This document shows, piece by piece, positions 11,940 through 24,782 of a stretch of DNA of 64,000 nt. Each line of letters begins with the position of its first letter. Within the stretch, counting starts at the first letter, position 1. Source of the DNA: Eledone cirrhosa (Eukaryota); NCBI GenBank assembly GCA_964016885.1, contig OZ024740.1:253332001-253396000 (forward strand), written 5' to 3'. Under the pieces are notes generated by a model. That model was not told the origin of the DNA and ran no database searches. It saw nothing but the letters and a program-made list of their open reading frames with translations. Both the position numbers and the translations under genes were made by a program.

Positions 11940-13917
11940 GATAAGGGTGAGCTTGCTCTCACAAGTGCTGAGAAGAAAGCTGCGTGGAAGAGCCATTATA
12001 AAAGATTACTGAATGAGGAGAATGCATGGGAGAAAGAGACCCTACCCCAAGTGGACCCTATAGAAGACCCAGCAATACAAGTCAGAAGTAAGGCAATTAA
12101 AGATATGAAGACAGGGAAGGCAACTGGTCCATCGGGTATAACTGCTGAGATGCTGAAAGCATCTGGGTTGGTAGGTCACACCATAACCACACGTATTGTA
12201 AACCAGGTAATTCTAAAGGGTGTCATACCAAAGGATTGGTGCAGCAGCATCATTGTCAACTGCTACAAAGGTAAAGAAGATGCACTAGATAGAGGAAACT
12301 ATACAGGTATAAAACTGATGGACCAGGTCATGAAAGTAACGGAAAGAGTTGTAGCACAGCTGCTTCTCTTACCAGCCAACCTTCCTACCAGGCATAACCT
12401 ACTCACACCACGAGTTGATCTTTTTATATGGTTGTATAGTTTGAGTACTCTTGACTTGACAATTGATGTAATTGGTCTAAGTTTGGTAATGTTGAGCAGC
12501 TCACTGATACAGGTACGGTCACTGAGTCACTTGCCAGTCATAAGTCTCATGATGTGGTTCTGGAATGTAGAGAGTTTCTGTGACCTTGTCGCCCAATTAA
12601 CGCAGTGAAGACCATATAACACAACTGGTAGGATGTAAGTATCAAAGATCTTAGCCTTCAAATGGTGGACTCTTAAAAAACTAGGAGTAGATGAATGGCT
12701 TGTGAAGGCTGTACAAGCCATGTATAGGTGAACAGTCAGCAAAGTTATGGTTAACAATGAATATAGCGAGGAATTTAGTATACAGGTTGGTATCCATCAG
12801 GGCTCTATTCTTAGCACTCTCCTATTTATTATCATATTGCAGGCTATAACAGAGGAGTTTAAGACTGGATGCCCATGGGAACTTCTGTATGCAGATGATC
12901 TTACAGTGTAGGTAGAAACTCCATCCTCTTCCCCATATACAAACTATGGGTAGAGAAGAGATGTAGTGGGATCTCAGGAAGTCTAGCTAAGAATGTAGGC
13001 TTTACATGTAGCAGCTGCACTGGGACAGTAAGCAGCAGGAAACAAGTGACCACAGGAAACAAGCACTACCAAATTCTGGGAGGGCTCTGGAGAAACAGTA
13101 GACACCTTCTGCTTCCTGGGTGACCGAATTAGCAGCAGAGGTGGGTGTTCCCTCAACATGAAAGGCAGACTGTATGATGCATGCATACGAACAGCAATGT
13201 TGCATGGTAGTGAGACCTGGGCGTTGTGTGCAGAAGACGTGCATAGATTAAAAAGAAGCGAAGCTTGCATGCTCCGATGGATGTGTAATAGTAATATACA
13301 CGAATGTCAAAGCATAAACAAATTGAGAGAGAGACTGAACATAAGAGGAATCAAATGCTGTGTGCAGAGAAGGAGCTTACGTTGGTATGGACATGTGATG
13401 TGTATGAAGGATGACAGCTGCATCAAAAGGTGGAGAGCACTAAAAGTCATTGGAAGCCTTGGAGTAGAGAGACCCAAGAAGACCTAGGATGAGGTGATAC
13501 AAGCTGATCTTGCCCAATTGCATCTCTCAAAGGTGATGACACATGACCAAGACCTCTGGCATTACGCAGTAATACAGAAGACTTGACTTCCCACGGGTAC
13601 AAGCCGAAGCTGAAGCATATAAATAGTATACCCCCACCCGCTTCCCACTGTAAATTGGTAATCTAGGTGTTACGACAAAAAAGCAACGAGTCCACACTGT
13701 AAAGTGGTTGTGTTGGTGCCATGGTAAAAAAGCACCCAATACACACTGTAAATGATGTTTGTGTTAGGAAGGGCATGCAGCTGTAGAACCAAGCCAAAAT
13801 TAGATCTGTATGAGCAAGACATGGACATCTGACCTGGCATTGCCCACAACAGGACAACCTGTCTAACCCATGCTAGTGTAGAAGAATTGATGTAAAACGA
13901 TGCTGATGATGATGATG
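11940..13917 (+). mobile_element. Degenerate RTE copy (relative of 3011-7000) with internal deletions and a nested minus-strand LINE fragment (~12360-12660)
   Basis: ORFs 12051 and 13158 match the RT and C-terminus of the 3011 element; 3' UTR and (GAT)n tail at 13899-13917. Confidence 0.85.
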
Positions 13918-14039
13918 AAGTTTATTATTAAAATGAAAAAAATTGATGAGATCAGAAGAAAAAAAAATATGTTGCTGGATGTAACACGGATTCGAACTCG
14001 TATTCGATATGTGATGATGTTTTTATGTATGCACAGTGT

Positions 14040-14390
14040 CGTAATGCCTGTTTAACTACAAAAACAAATGTTAAATGATTTCCACACTGGACAACCAGGA
14101 ATTCCTAGGATGAAGTCAATCATGAGAAGTTATGTTTACTGGCCAAAAATGGACCTAGATATCGAGAAGTTAGTAAAATCCTACAGAGGCTGTGCTCTTG
14201 CAGTGAAATCACCACCTACAACATTTCAACCTTAGCCCAAGACTGACATTCTATGGACCAGGTTACACACAGATTTTGCAGGACCATTGAATGGATCGTA
14301 TTGTGGACAGTTTCACAAAACGGGCAGAGATTTGTAAATGTAGAAGGCTGACCTCCACAGTAACAGGGAATTTTCTACACAACATTTCTA
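14040..14390 (+). mobile_element. Gypsy-type integrase fragment (decayed)
   Basis: Reads FHTGQPGIPRMKSIMRSYVYWPKMDLDIEKLVKS (integrase zinc-binding domain) and WTRLHTDFAGP (core D motif). Confidence 0.75.
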
Positions 14391-15571
14391 AAGGAAGGAA
14401 ATCTCTTTGAGATTAAAGAAATGGACTTAGTGGACTATTATAAATAAGCAATGTGTCTCGTTGTCAGGAATTCGTTTGGTGTCTCGCTTGAAAGTCTCAC
14501 GTTTTGTAGTCGGAAGTTATGCCTGAGATAAAATTGTTAGTACCCCCGCATCATAAAAAATATAACCACTCCAAAGGGTTATAAAAGATTCTGAAGGTGT
14601 ACCCACTTTTTTTTACAGCTCTTGTTTTTTTTTGTGCTGCTGGGGTTCCAATTACAGTTCTCACCAGACCAGTGTTTGATGGGGGAGCTGGTTCAATCAA
14701 TCAATCTCTCAGCCATAAAGCAGGTTGTACTGGGTTACATGGTACCAGTAATAGGCAGAAGCCTGACCTGATATTTACAGGTGATTAGTGAACAATACAT
14801 ATCTGTTTTGACCATCACACCCAACAAGGCACTCTAATAGATCTACAATATCTCGATCCTAGTCTACATCATCCAACGATTGTTTTTGTTTTCCCATTAT
14901 AAAGAAATGAAGAATTACAAACTGTTTTTCACACCTAAGAGGTCTATATGAACCACATTGAGAAGCCCTAATTAAGAAAAAAAAGATACTATTCCCATAG
15001 GGGGGATATTAAAATGTAAACATAGCAAGAAAGCAAAAGCTGTGATGTTCATGCCTTTCCCTAGAGCTTTTGTGACATAATTGATTTGGAATCAAAACTG
15101 TGTAAACAAACTCGCATCTGGGATATCCTACTTCTTATATTGGGGTGGCTTACTTGAATTTGGGTTAGCCTACTTCTTATTGGGGTGGCTTACTTGCATT
15201 AGGGGGTAGCCTACTTCTTATACTGAAGTGGCTTACTTCTTATTCAAGCAAATTCACTTTATTTTGACTAAAGGTCATTGATAAGATTCTTCAGTCATGT
15301 CAAGGATATGACAAGACCCCTAGTGCTGGAGCCAATAAAATATATGTATGTAAGTGACATGTGGTCCCTGGTTTATCTAGGAAAACAGTAGGCTCTGGAT
15401 AGTATTAACTTGGTCTGTGATGATACATCCATCCCATGCCGGTTTGGAAAAATTATGATTATCCAGTATGTCTTTTTGTTTTAAGATGGTAGTGTATGGG
15501 TATAGTTTGAGGTAGATTTGACTACTATTTCTAGTCAGTCTATCCTTAATGTGAATGTTGAGGGCAAATAC

Positions 15572-15716
15572 CTTTGTTATTATTGTGTATCCACACCCGC
15601 ACTAGTTGAATGGCAAGGGACATATTTTCCAGTTGAAAATTCTCCTTCTCTTGAAATATCTGGGAGACTTTTAGAGCTTCATATCCTTGTAGTGGTGGTG
15701 CCATGTAGAGGGAGCA
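15572..15716 (-). CDS. FPGS: FPGS-like exon 8: CSLYMAPPLQGYEALKVSQIFQEKENFQLENMSLAIQLVRVWIHNNNK
   Basis: ctgttgcag acceptor, ag|gtattt donor, 145 bp (phase 0 to 1). Matches FPGS CPLY..P....Q..N..LA.QL...W. Confidence 0.85.
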
Positions 15717-16677
15717 CTGCAACAGAATATGTACAAAAACAAACAATTTCACGTGCACCACAACAATAACAACTACAACAACCACTATCAACATCACCAT
15801 TGCAACCACAACCACCACTGCAACCCTTCTGCCACAAACACAGCTACCACCACAAAACTACAACTGCAACCACTGCAACTACAATTACCACCACCATCAC
15901 CACTTCAACCACACCCATCACTATCATCATCACCCGCCCCACAACCACTACCACCACACTGCTGCAACCACAACCATCATCCCCATCACCATTGTGGACA
16001 AAGCGTGATGTTGAAGACCAACAGCCATCCATCCAAGTATGACAATCCCCACTCACCAATGTTATCCAAAAGCTGATACAGCTTAGCAATCATGTTATTG
16101 GAGCTCATTTTTGTTTTTTAATTCCAGCTGAATGAACTGGAGCAATATGAAATAAAGTAACTTGACACAATGCATCACCTGGTTAGGAAATCAAACACAA
16201 AATCTTATTTAGTCCACTCATTAACAATAAAAAAAAAAGGAAAACTCTGTCTCAACCGGGTGCGAAGAAACGAGAAGTGGCCTCAGCAACAGATTATTTT
16301 GTTCTGTTACTATAGCTTTTGATATCATTGATACATTAGAAAGGGATGGTAAGTCCTCAGACTGTTGGAGAAATGTGAAATAAAGAATCTTGCTCAAGGA
16401 CACAATGTGCCATTCAGTCTAAGAATGGAACTCTTTCATTTTGCTCTGTTACTAGAACTTTCAATATTGTTAATATAATAGAAAGGGATGATAAGCTCTC
16501 AGACCACTGGAGCAACATGAAATAAAGTGTATTGCTCAAGGACACAACATGCTGCCTGGAGCAGGCAGGAATTGAATTCACATCTTTACAATCATGAACC
16601 AAACAACCTAACCACTAAGCCACCACTAACAACACTTTTGAAGAGTTAAGTAGTGAAGTAATAGTGAAAACAATTAC

Positions 16678-16755
16678 CTTTCTTTCTTTAGCTCTTTCAA
16701 TGAGAACTTTCAATGCTTCATCGTGTTGGGAGATTGTAATACCAGTTGCCCCTGG
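16678..16755 (-). CDS. FPGS: FPGS-like exon 7: PGATGITISQHDEALKVLIERAKERK
   Basis: ctaacccag acceptor, ag|gtaatt donor, 78 bp (phase 0-0). Matches FPGS PG....T..Q...AL.VL..RA. Confidence 0.88.
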
Positions 16756-17736
16756 CTGGGTTAGAGAGAAAATAACATTAAGATGAATATAGACAAGAAT
16801 ATAGGAGCTAGGTGGTGTTTTAATATCAGTTGCTTCTGGCTGGTTTACAGAGAAAATAACATTAAAATAAATACAGACAAGAATATAGGAGTTCGGTGGT
16901 GTTTTTTTCATTATATAAATATATTTATATTTCATTCTCCTAAAGACCAACCATGTAAATATATAATGTTAATACACCTAAACACATATATACTCCATCA
17001 CAAACAATGTATGCACCACTCCAACAGCACATACACACATAAATAAAAAGTAGAATTAAATACAACACACACACACTCACATGCCCTCTTTTTATCCTCT
17101 TCTATCTATGAACCTCACTAACATCTGATACTTTGAACTTTTCTTTTTCCTTTTATTTTCATGTGTGAAACTAATAAGACTATCGTTATTGTATCTCTGT
17201 GTTTATCCTTTTTTTTAAAAACTATATATATATTCTTTATTATGGCTAAGTGGGGAGTCTTGTTACTCTGGCATTTCCCCTATATCCTCACAGGATCATC
17301 AGACAAGACTATTCAGGTGAAACTCCAGAGTTACAAAACTCAACATTTAGACATAATAAATAATATTTAAACTCTACTTCAGCATTGAGTACTCATTCTC
17401 ATGACTGCTAATATCATATGTATATACAGGTGTGTGTGTGTGTGTGTGTGTGTATTAACATCAACATTTGAGTTTAGCTGTTATAAAGGATTTCCTGCTA
17501 GGAGCACAGAAGTTGCTAATCTTTATTCTAAAATGTTTATATTTATCTAAACACTTTCTATCATGATTTTATGTAAGAGTCTTTAATTTATGCTACAAAC
17601 ACTGGTTACATATTAAGAAAGTTAATTATATTACTAAATTACTTCAAATTATTTGAAAATTATAGGCAGTGTCTTTCATTTGAAATATAGTAGGGTTAAA
17701 TAAATCTCAAAAAGAAAAGTATACTTGCAATTTTAC

Positions 17737-17979
17737 CTTGAATATACCTGCTTTGTGCCAAGCAATCTTTTCTCTAGTTTCTCCAAGACAAAATGTATGA
17801 TCGATGCCAAGATGTGTGATGCCACACACAACAGTGTTTCGAATTACATTTGTACAGTCTCTCTCACCACCAATACCAACTTCTAGAACAACCACATCAA
17901 CATTTTCTTTTAAAAACACATAAAAAGCCAAAACTGTTATAAACTGGAAAAAATTGGGCATCAATGGACTGGAGGTTTC
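17737..17979 (-). CDS. FPGS: FPGS-like exon 6: ETSSPLMPNFFQF...LEVGIGGERDCTNVI...GIDHT..LG.T..KIAWHKAGIFK
   Basis: Hallmark FPGS motifs EVGIGG.DCTN, LG.DH and KAGIFK; tttacag acceptor, ag|gtaaaa donor, 243 bp. Confidence 0.95.
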
Positions 17980-18317
17980 CTGTAAAAAAGTAACAAAAAT
18001 AGAAGAAAAAAAACAGAAAAAATATAACAATATACCATAAAGCAATTTATCTGATGCTCTACCGACTCTGCTAATCTAGGACACTCATACCAAAAGCTGC
18101 AATACTATTAACATCAATATAAACAAGGCAATATTATTCACAAAGTCCCCAGAATTGTAGGTAGAGCATTCATCTGCAGCAAAAGATTAAGTACTGACAC
18201 ACCCACTATGTCTAAGGAAGTACTGACACACCCACTATGTCTGAGGAATAACAGACACACCCACTATGTCTATATAAGGCTATAACCATATTTTTGGAGA
18301 AATAGTTAACTGTTTAC

Positions 18318-18423
18318 CTTAATGGCATCAAAACAATGCCAGAAATATTTTCGAAACATTTCTTTACTGAGAGGTTTACCATCAATCAGTATACGATCAC
18401 GCTCATCAACCACATGAGGGGAA
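18318..18423 (-). CDS. FPGS: FPGS-like exon 5: SPHVVDERDRILIDGKPLSKEMFRKYFWHCFDAIK
   Basis: SPH omega-loop motif; attacag acceptor, ag|gtaaac donor, 106 bp (phase 2 to 0). Confidence 0.93.
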
Positions 18424-18784
18424 CTGTAATATAGAATATATCATCATTATCATCATCATCTCCATCATCATCACCATATGTTATCATCATTATCATCATC
18501 ACCACCATCATCATCATCACCATCACCATCTATCATCATCATCATTATCTTCACCATGCCCATCATCACCACCATCATCATTATCATCATCATCACCTCC
18601 ATCATTATTACTATCATAATCACCATATATCAGCATCATCATCTGTTGATGATGATGGTATATAATGTTGATGGTGGTGGTAATGATGACAATGCTGATG
18701 ATCATCATTATTACCCCCCCCCCCCCCAACATCAACATAACCCCCACCCCCACCACCAGTAATATAATATAAAGATGTTTTTAC

Positions 18785-18903
18785 ATGAACAATCCAGTTT
18801 TGTAGTTTTTATTTCTGAGAAGGTTTTCAGTATAAGTACATGTTGATCCTTTGCCCTTGGTCCCCGTAACATGGATAATTGACAGTTTGTCTAATTCTTC
18901 AGC
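18785..18903 (-). CDS. FPGS: FPGS-like exon 4: AEELDKLSIIHVTGTKGKGSTCTYTENLLRNKNYKTGLF
   Basis: P-loop IHVTGTKGKGST; ctttcag acceptor, at|gtaaaa donor, 119 bp (phase 0 to 2). Confidence 0.95.
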
Positions 18904-19256
18904 CTGAAAGAGTCAAATCTTATATAAACAACAGTTACAATACACGTGGCACTAATATAACGTTATTCATCATGTTTATGTATAATAAACATATGAGAGT
19001 CTCTGAGTTGCATTAGTAAATCTTGCTATGAATTTCTTGAAAGATGTATGTTTATAATACATAAACACATTGTATATGCTTTATATACACCTCTATGATA
19101 CATCACGCTATGTTAGTGTCACTTCTAATTACCTCTCACCAGTCAAGTTTGCATCATATAGGATTTAATCTATTTTTCTCAACATTAAATAAATAAATAT
19201 CACTGATGACAGGTAAAATACAGAAATATTGGTTTGGAATTTTCAGTGCTACTGAG

Positions 19257-19583
19257 ATACATAGCAACATGTGGTACATGGAAACATGTGGTACATAGCA
19301 ACATGTGGTACATGGCAACATGTGGTACATAGCATCATGTGGTACATGGCATCGTGTGGTACATGGCAACATGTGGTGATGGTATCATGTGGTACTTGGC
19401 AACAGGTGATACATAGCAACATCTGATACATAGCAGCATGTGGTACATGGCAACATCTGATACATAGAACCTTGTGATACATAGCATCATGTGGTACATT
19501 ACATCTGATATAGAGCAAATTGTGGTACATAGAAACATCTGATACATGGCAACATATGGTACATGGCAACATATGGTACATAG
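19257..19583. repeat. 17-bp minisatellite (acatrgcaacatgtggt) x ~19 in an FPGS intron
   Basis: Read directly. Confidence 0.9.
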
Positions 19584-19954
19584 TTTCAACACAGTCTCAG
19601 AACAAGTCACTTGCCAGTCATGTACAACTGTAGCTAAAATGATTACTCCACAATGTAACTACGTTATTTTCAACAGTCTTTGAAAAACATACAAAAACTG
19701 TTAAATTTACTTTACATTTATAATTTATTTCCTGGTGTCAAAATTTTCATCACACATTTTGTCATTTGGTCACTGACACAGTTCCACTGCAACTTCGCAA
19801 TGCAACAAAAATTTCAACACCAAGAAATAAAATATAAATACAAAGTGAAGTTAACAGTTTTTGTGTGTTTTTGACTGACTCTTCCAAAAAATTTAGAAAG
19901 AAGAACAGACATGTTAATAGATTAGGAAGATAAGAATTAAAAGCTGAAACTTAC

Positions 19955-20086
19955 AGAAATACCAACAGATCTTAAATAAAGTCTGGTCATTGGTAGTTTA
20001 TTGGTTTCATAAACATGGAATTGTTCCCTGCTTAGAGTCAGAAAATATTCTTTTCCTTGTAAAGATCTGATAGTATCTAGAGCATT
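19955..20086 (-). CDS. FPGS: FPGS-like exon 3: NALDTIRSLQGKEYFLTLSREQFHVYETNKLPMTRLYLRSVGIS
   Basis: ctctctctag acceptor, ct|gtaagt donor, 132 bp. Aligns with the FPGS N-terminal DAV..LN.LQ...M..YL.R.G segment. Confidence 0.85.
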
Positions 20087-20762
20087 CTAGAGAGAGAGGG
20101 GGGGGGAGAAAGAAAAAGATAATTTAAAGAAAGGAATTAAAATATCAAGAATTATCATCATCATTATTGTTGTTGTTATGATTATGATCATCAGCATCAT
20201 CTTCAACATCGTCATCAACACCATCTTCATCATTATCATCAACATCATCATCGTCATCATCAACACTATGATCATCATCGTCAACACCTTCATCATTGTT
20301 CTAATTACAGTAGCAGACAGTTACACCCCTTCTCTACACATTGTAACTTCCTTAGTTAGTTGTAATCCCATGGCCATCAAATGAACTGTACTTGTAATTC
20401 ACATTGCATCTCCCCAACAATTACATTAAAAGTACACGTCTGTGGAATGCTCAGTCAATTGCATGTTAAATTTTCATGAGTAGGCTGTACTGTTGCTTGA
20501 ACAACTGGAACACACTTTGCTGAAACCAACAGAAGTCCATTCAATAGTATTAAATATATAAAGAAAATGGGTTGTCTGATGCTTCAGGTGATCCTGTAAG
20601 TTCCTGTGTTCTTGGTCCCTGGACCACCTCCCTACTCACTACTACTGGGGTGGAGTTGGCCACTCACATGAGTGAGCCCCACATCTGGGCTCTGCATTGC
20701 TGGGGTAGTGATGTTGGGTGTTCTTCATTCGAAAAACGCATATCATTAACTGTGTATATATG

Positions 20763-20959
20763 TGAGAAAAACCACACACCCTCCATCTCAATTCTACTTT
20801 TAAAAAGCATAAGAACTGTGAAGCCGGTAAAGGAAACGAATAAATATTTTTAAAAAGACTCCAGTTGCTTTTTCGATTTCGTCTTTTTTCCTTATACTTT
20901 CAGTCGTGTAGGACATCTCGTTTTTTTTTTCATTTAAAAAAAAACTCATTTTCTCATGA

Positions 20960-20998
<39 letters not shown>

Positions 20999-21492
20999 AG
21001 TATGTATACGTACGTACATATATGTATACAGACGTACAGTAGTATGTATATATATATACATACATGCACACATATATATATGCACGTATGGATTCACCGA
21101 ATATTTATTATAATGCTCGGTGTGTTTGTAAACAAACATCCCGTATTAAGCCGTAGTGTCTAGCAACCACCGTTGCTCGTTTGTTCAACACTGACAAAGG
21201 AATGCTGTACTAGTTTCAAGTTTGTTAGCGTTCCTTTGTCAGGGTTGAACAAACGAGTAACGGTGGTTGCTAGACACTACGGCTTAATACGGGATGTTTG
21301 TTTACAAACACACCGAGCATTATAATAAATGTTTGGTGAATCCATACGTACATATATATATGTGTGCATGTATGTATATATATATACATACTACTGTACG
21401 TCTTTATACATATATGTATGTACATATACATACTTATATTTAAGTAACAGCCTTACTAAGAGTGGGAAATGAAATTTCGTTTCATTTTTTCC

Positions 21493-21534
<42 letters not shown>

Positions 21535-21739
21535 GTGAGGTTTTTTTTACAAAATGAAAAATAACCGAGGTGTCCTACACGAGTGAAAGTATAAAGAAAA
21601 AAAGATGAAATCGAAAATGCAACTGGAGTCTTATTTTAAAAAAATATATATATATTTATTTGGTTCCTTTACTGGTTTCGCAGTTCTTCTGCTTTTCAAA
21701 AGTAGAGTTGAGATGGAGGGTCTGTGGTATTTCTCACAT
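20763..21739. repeat. Nested ~1-kb palindrome: inner arms ~20995-21206 / 21227-21440, outer arms ~20763-20955 / 21530-21739
   Basis: Inner arms are near-identical (ccgtagtgtctagcaaccaccgtt... / ...aacggtggttgctagacactacgg). Outer arms are more diverged and continuous with the PLE 3' region. Confidence 0.9.
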
Positions 21740-23340
21740 CTGGTTCGTCTCTGAATGTTACTTGTTTTATATGGAAGTGGCTCGAAATGCCAGGTTTTTC
21801 GAGAAGTAATTTGATTGGTTGGTCAATAATTATAATGAATTTCGCGCCAGTTCGCGTTACAAAGTTCTTCAAACAAGGGGTGGGGGGTGTCACAGGTTGT
21901 TTTTTCATATATGAGTGTTTGAATTTCTTTTTACTTAAAAAAAAGGGGGCTCACGAAGGCTTTTTTTTAATAAACGTAATTTGATTGGTTATAAATGAAA
22001 TTATGGCTGTCACGTGAACAAGTTTTCATTAAATTTTTGCGCCCTTATTTGGAAATCTATTCTGTAGCCTTTTTAAAGAATTTTATGATAAGTAAAAGAT
22101 AATGGTCAAGAGAAATAGGATGGGAGAATTGTTCTGGTTCAGTGAATATGGTTAGTTCGCTGGGGTGTCAGAATTCAGATTTTCTATCGAATAAAGAAAG
22201 TAAAGATATGTATGTTTATTTGTGTGTGTGTGTGTGTGTATTGGAAGATGATTCTATTAGTAGAAATGGGGGAGGGAGTTGTGTGTGTGTTTATATGGGT
22301 GTTATGTGTGTGTGTGTGGCAGTATGTTAAGATGGAGAGAATATATATTTTGTGTGTGTGTGTATATATGTGTGTAGGAAAGTGATTCTATTAGTAGAAA
22401 TGGGGGAGGAGAGTTGTGTGTGTGTGGGGAGGGGTTGTCATGTGTGTGTATGGGTGTTAAGTGTGTGGGAGTATGGTTAGCATGTTAAGATGAAGAGAAT
22501 ATATATATATATATTGTGTGTGAGTAGGAAAATGATTCCTTTTGCAGGAATATTTTTGAATGAACATATTTTCCTTACTTATTCGTATTTGTTCTGTTGT
22601 ATTGTCAATGCAAACGTATGTTAAGGTTTATTTAGTTCGGGTTTTTATTTTCTAAAGTAGAAGGTGTTATGTGTCTGTTTGGATGGTTAGCATGTTATGG
22701 TGTTGACATAATGTATATTAAACCATATTTAATGCTAGTCTATATTTTTGAATAAACATATTTTCCTTATTTATTCGTATTTGTTCTGTTGTATTGTCAG
22801 CGCAAAGGTAAAATGGGAAGACTTGGAATTTGGGTGTCTTATTACTTGAGCATATGTCGAGATGTGCGCTTAGTGGTATCTGTCTCGTGGTTGGATCTCG
22901 TAATTGTTGGCGATGAACTGTCATTCTGTTTCTGAGTGTGAGTTTAGTTTGTCCTATATAATCTTCATTGCATCCTTTACATTTAATGGCATAAATTAGA
23001 TTTTTTTATGAACAAGTGAAGTGATTTTTTACAGTAAAATTTTGTCCTGATTTAAATGTATACGTGTTGCCTTCAATGAGGTGCCCACAATTAAAGCGAT
23101 CACATTATTTGACACTTGGTTGTGGGTTTGTGGTAGGTAATTTGGCATTGGTGAATAATGTTTTCAGAGATTTCGGTTGTCTTTTGCTTTTGATTATTTT
23201 GTGTGTTTCAAGGGCTTTTTTCATTCTTGGGTTTTGTTTTAGTAGTGGGATGTTCTTGTGAATAGAGTTCCAAATAAATATATATATTTTTTAAAAATAA
23301 GACTCCAGTTGCATTTTCGATTTCATCTTTTTTTCTATAT
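21530..23340 (-). mobile_element. 5'-truncated Penelope-like element (GIY-YIG remnant 22718-23270) with an inverted pLTR fragment at its 5' end (23273-23340)
   Basis: Minus strand: LIYAIKCKGCNEDYIGQT, NRMTVHRQQ, KENMFIQKY. 23273-23340 is the reverse complement of ~21595-21660, the classic Penelope inverted-pLTR layout. Confidence 0.8.
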
Positions 23341-23747
23341 ATATATGTATATATTAGAAAAGGGAAGTAAGGTTCTATACAAAACAGTAGATATAGAGAA
23401 AAGGTGAAGTTGGGAATAGCACGGAAAATATACTTTAGGGTCTGTTTTTCTTTTTTTTTTTCCTTCTTTGATTCATATAAGTGACATTATTGAAAAAAAT
23501 GAGAGGGACAATTCTTTTAAGAAAGAGTTTTAGAATATATATAAAGTATATAAAGTATTGCAGGTTTCGATGTATTATCAAAATTCCTCTTATCAAATGT
23601 TGAGTATTACAATTAAAAAGAATTAATAAGAATTAAAAACTAAAAATTAAAGATTTAAAATTAAGAGGTAAGTTTTTTTTTTCATCTTCTTTGCTGAGAA
23701 GGAGACAAATGTGTTTTGCAAGATTTCTTATCTGTGTGTTGAAACAG

Positions 23748-24491
23748 ATATTGTTATACTTTGGGAGGGTCATGCTGCCAATAAAAACACACACACCTGT
23801 TGGTTTTCACTTTAATTTATTATAAATTTCCGGCTGGTTAGTTCGATAACCAGATGGTTGTTTATATATTGTCAAAGCTCTTTCGTCACACATTCTGTGA
23901 CCTCCTTAGTGACTAGGTTTTTCTTTTGTGACTCTCCTTTGTTCTGTTCTACACCATCTTGTCTTTGGGTGTTGTGTGTTGGGTGTTGTGTTTGGCTTAG
24001 TTTGCAGATTTATATTTTTATTTATTTATTTATGTGTTTATTTACTTGTTACTAGTTGGTTGTTTGTTCTATCTGTGTGTGTCTGATTTGTTTTGTTAGT
24101 TTGGTTTTTGTGTGTGTCTGTATGTCTTCATTGTGTTCTTAATTACTAGCAACATCACAACTAGTAGACACACACAGATAGAATAAACAACCAACTAGTA
24201 AATAAACACATAAGTAAATAAACACACACATGGATGTAATCCATGCGATAACTAAGCACACAACACACACAAACAAGATGGTGTGGGACAGAACAAAGGA
24301 GAGACACAAAATATAAACCTAGTCACTGAGGAGGTCACAGAATGTGTGATGAAAGAGCTTTGATAATATATAAACAACCATCCAGTTATCGAACCAACCA
24401 ACCACCCGGAAATTTATAATAAATTGAAGTGAAAACCAACAGGTGCGTGTGTTTTTATTGGCAGCATGACCCTCCCAAAATATAACAATAT
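23748..24491. repeat. ~740-bp fold-back element with a hammerhead motif in each arm
   Basis: Outer arms 23748-23960 / 24275-24491 are reverse complements; inner arms ~24025-24085 / 24165-24220. Confidence 0.88.
24322..24364 (+). ncRNA. Type I hammerhead-like motif (variant)
   Basis: gtca-CUGAGGA-g gtcaca gaatg tgtgat-GAAA-gagc-UU-tgat. The mirror copy at 23871-23913 (minus) has stem I gtca/tgac but the core CUAAGGA. One unpaired G precedes stem II. Confidence 0.6.
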
Positions 24492-24782
24492 ATATATATA
24501 CATTTAAATTAAATTTGCCAGCCAAACAACTCATCTCTAACTGATCCTTTTAGACACAGTTCCTTTCCTCTCTTGATAATGGGTTTTTAAACCTGAAAAT
24601 ATTTGGGATTATTAATAACTAAGGTAAAATTCTATCGCTATCTTGGCACCTTTGATTTTCAATGCCTTGTAAGGCTTTTTAACTTATTTAAATATATATT
24701 TCCTATTCGACAATGCTTCAAGCAAACTACAACACTCATAGATATATGTGTGTGTTGGTGTGGATATATATGTGTGTAGATA

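Noticed and set aside
15729-16089. His/Pro/Thr-rich ORFs (also 18478-18762, 20087-20384, 29787-30362, 33318-33637)
   Set aside because: Translations of intronic microsatellites and low-complexity DNA.
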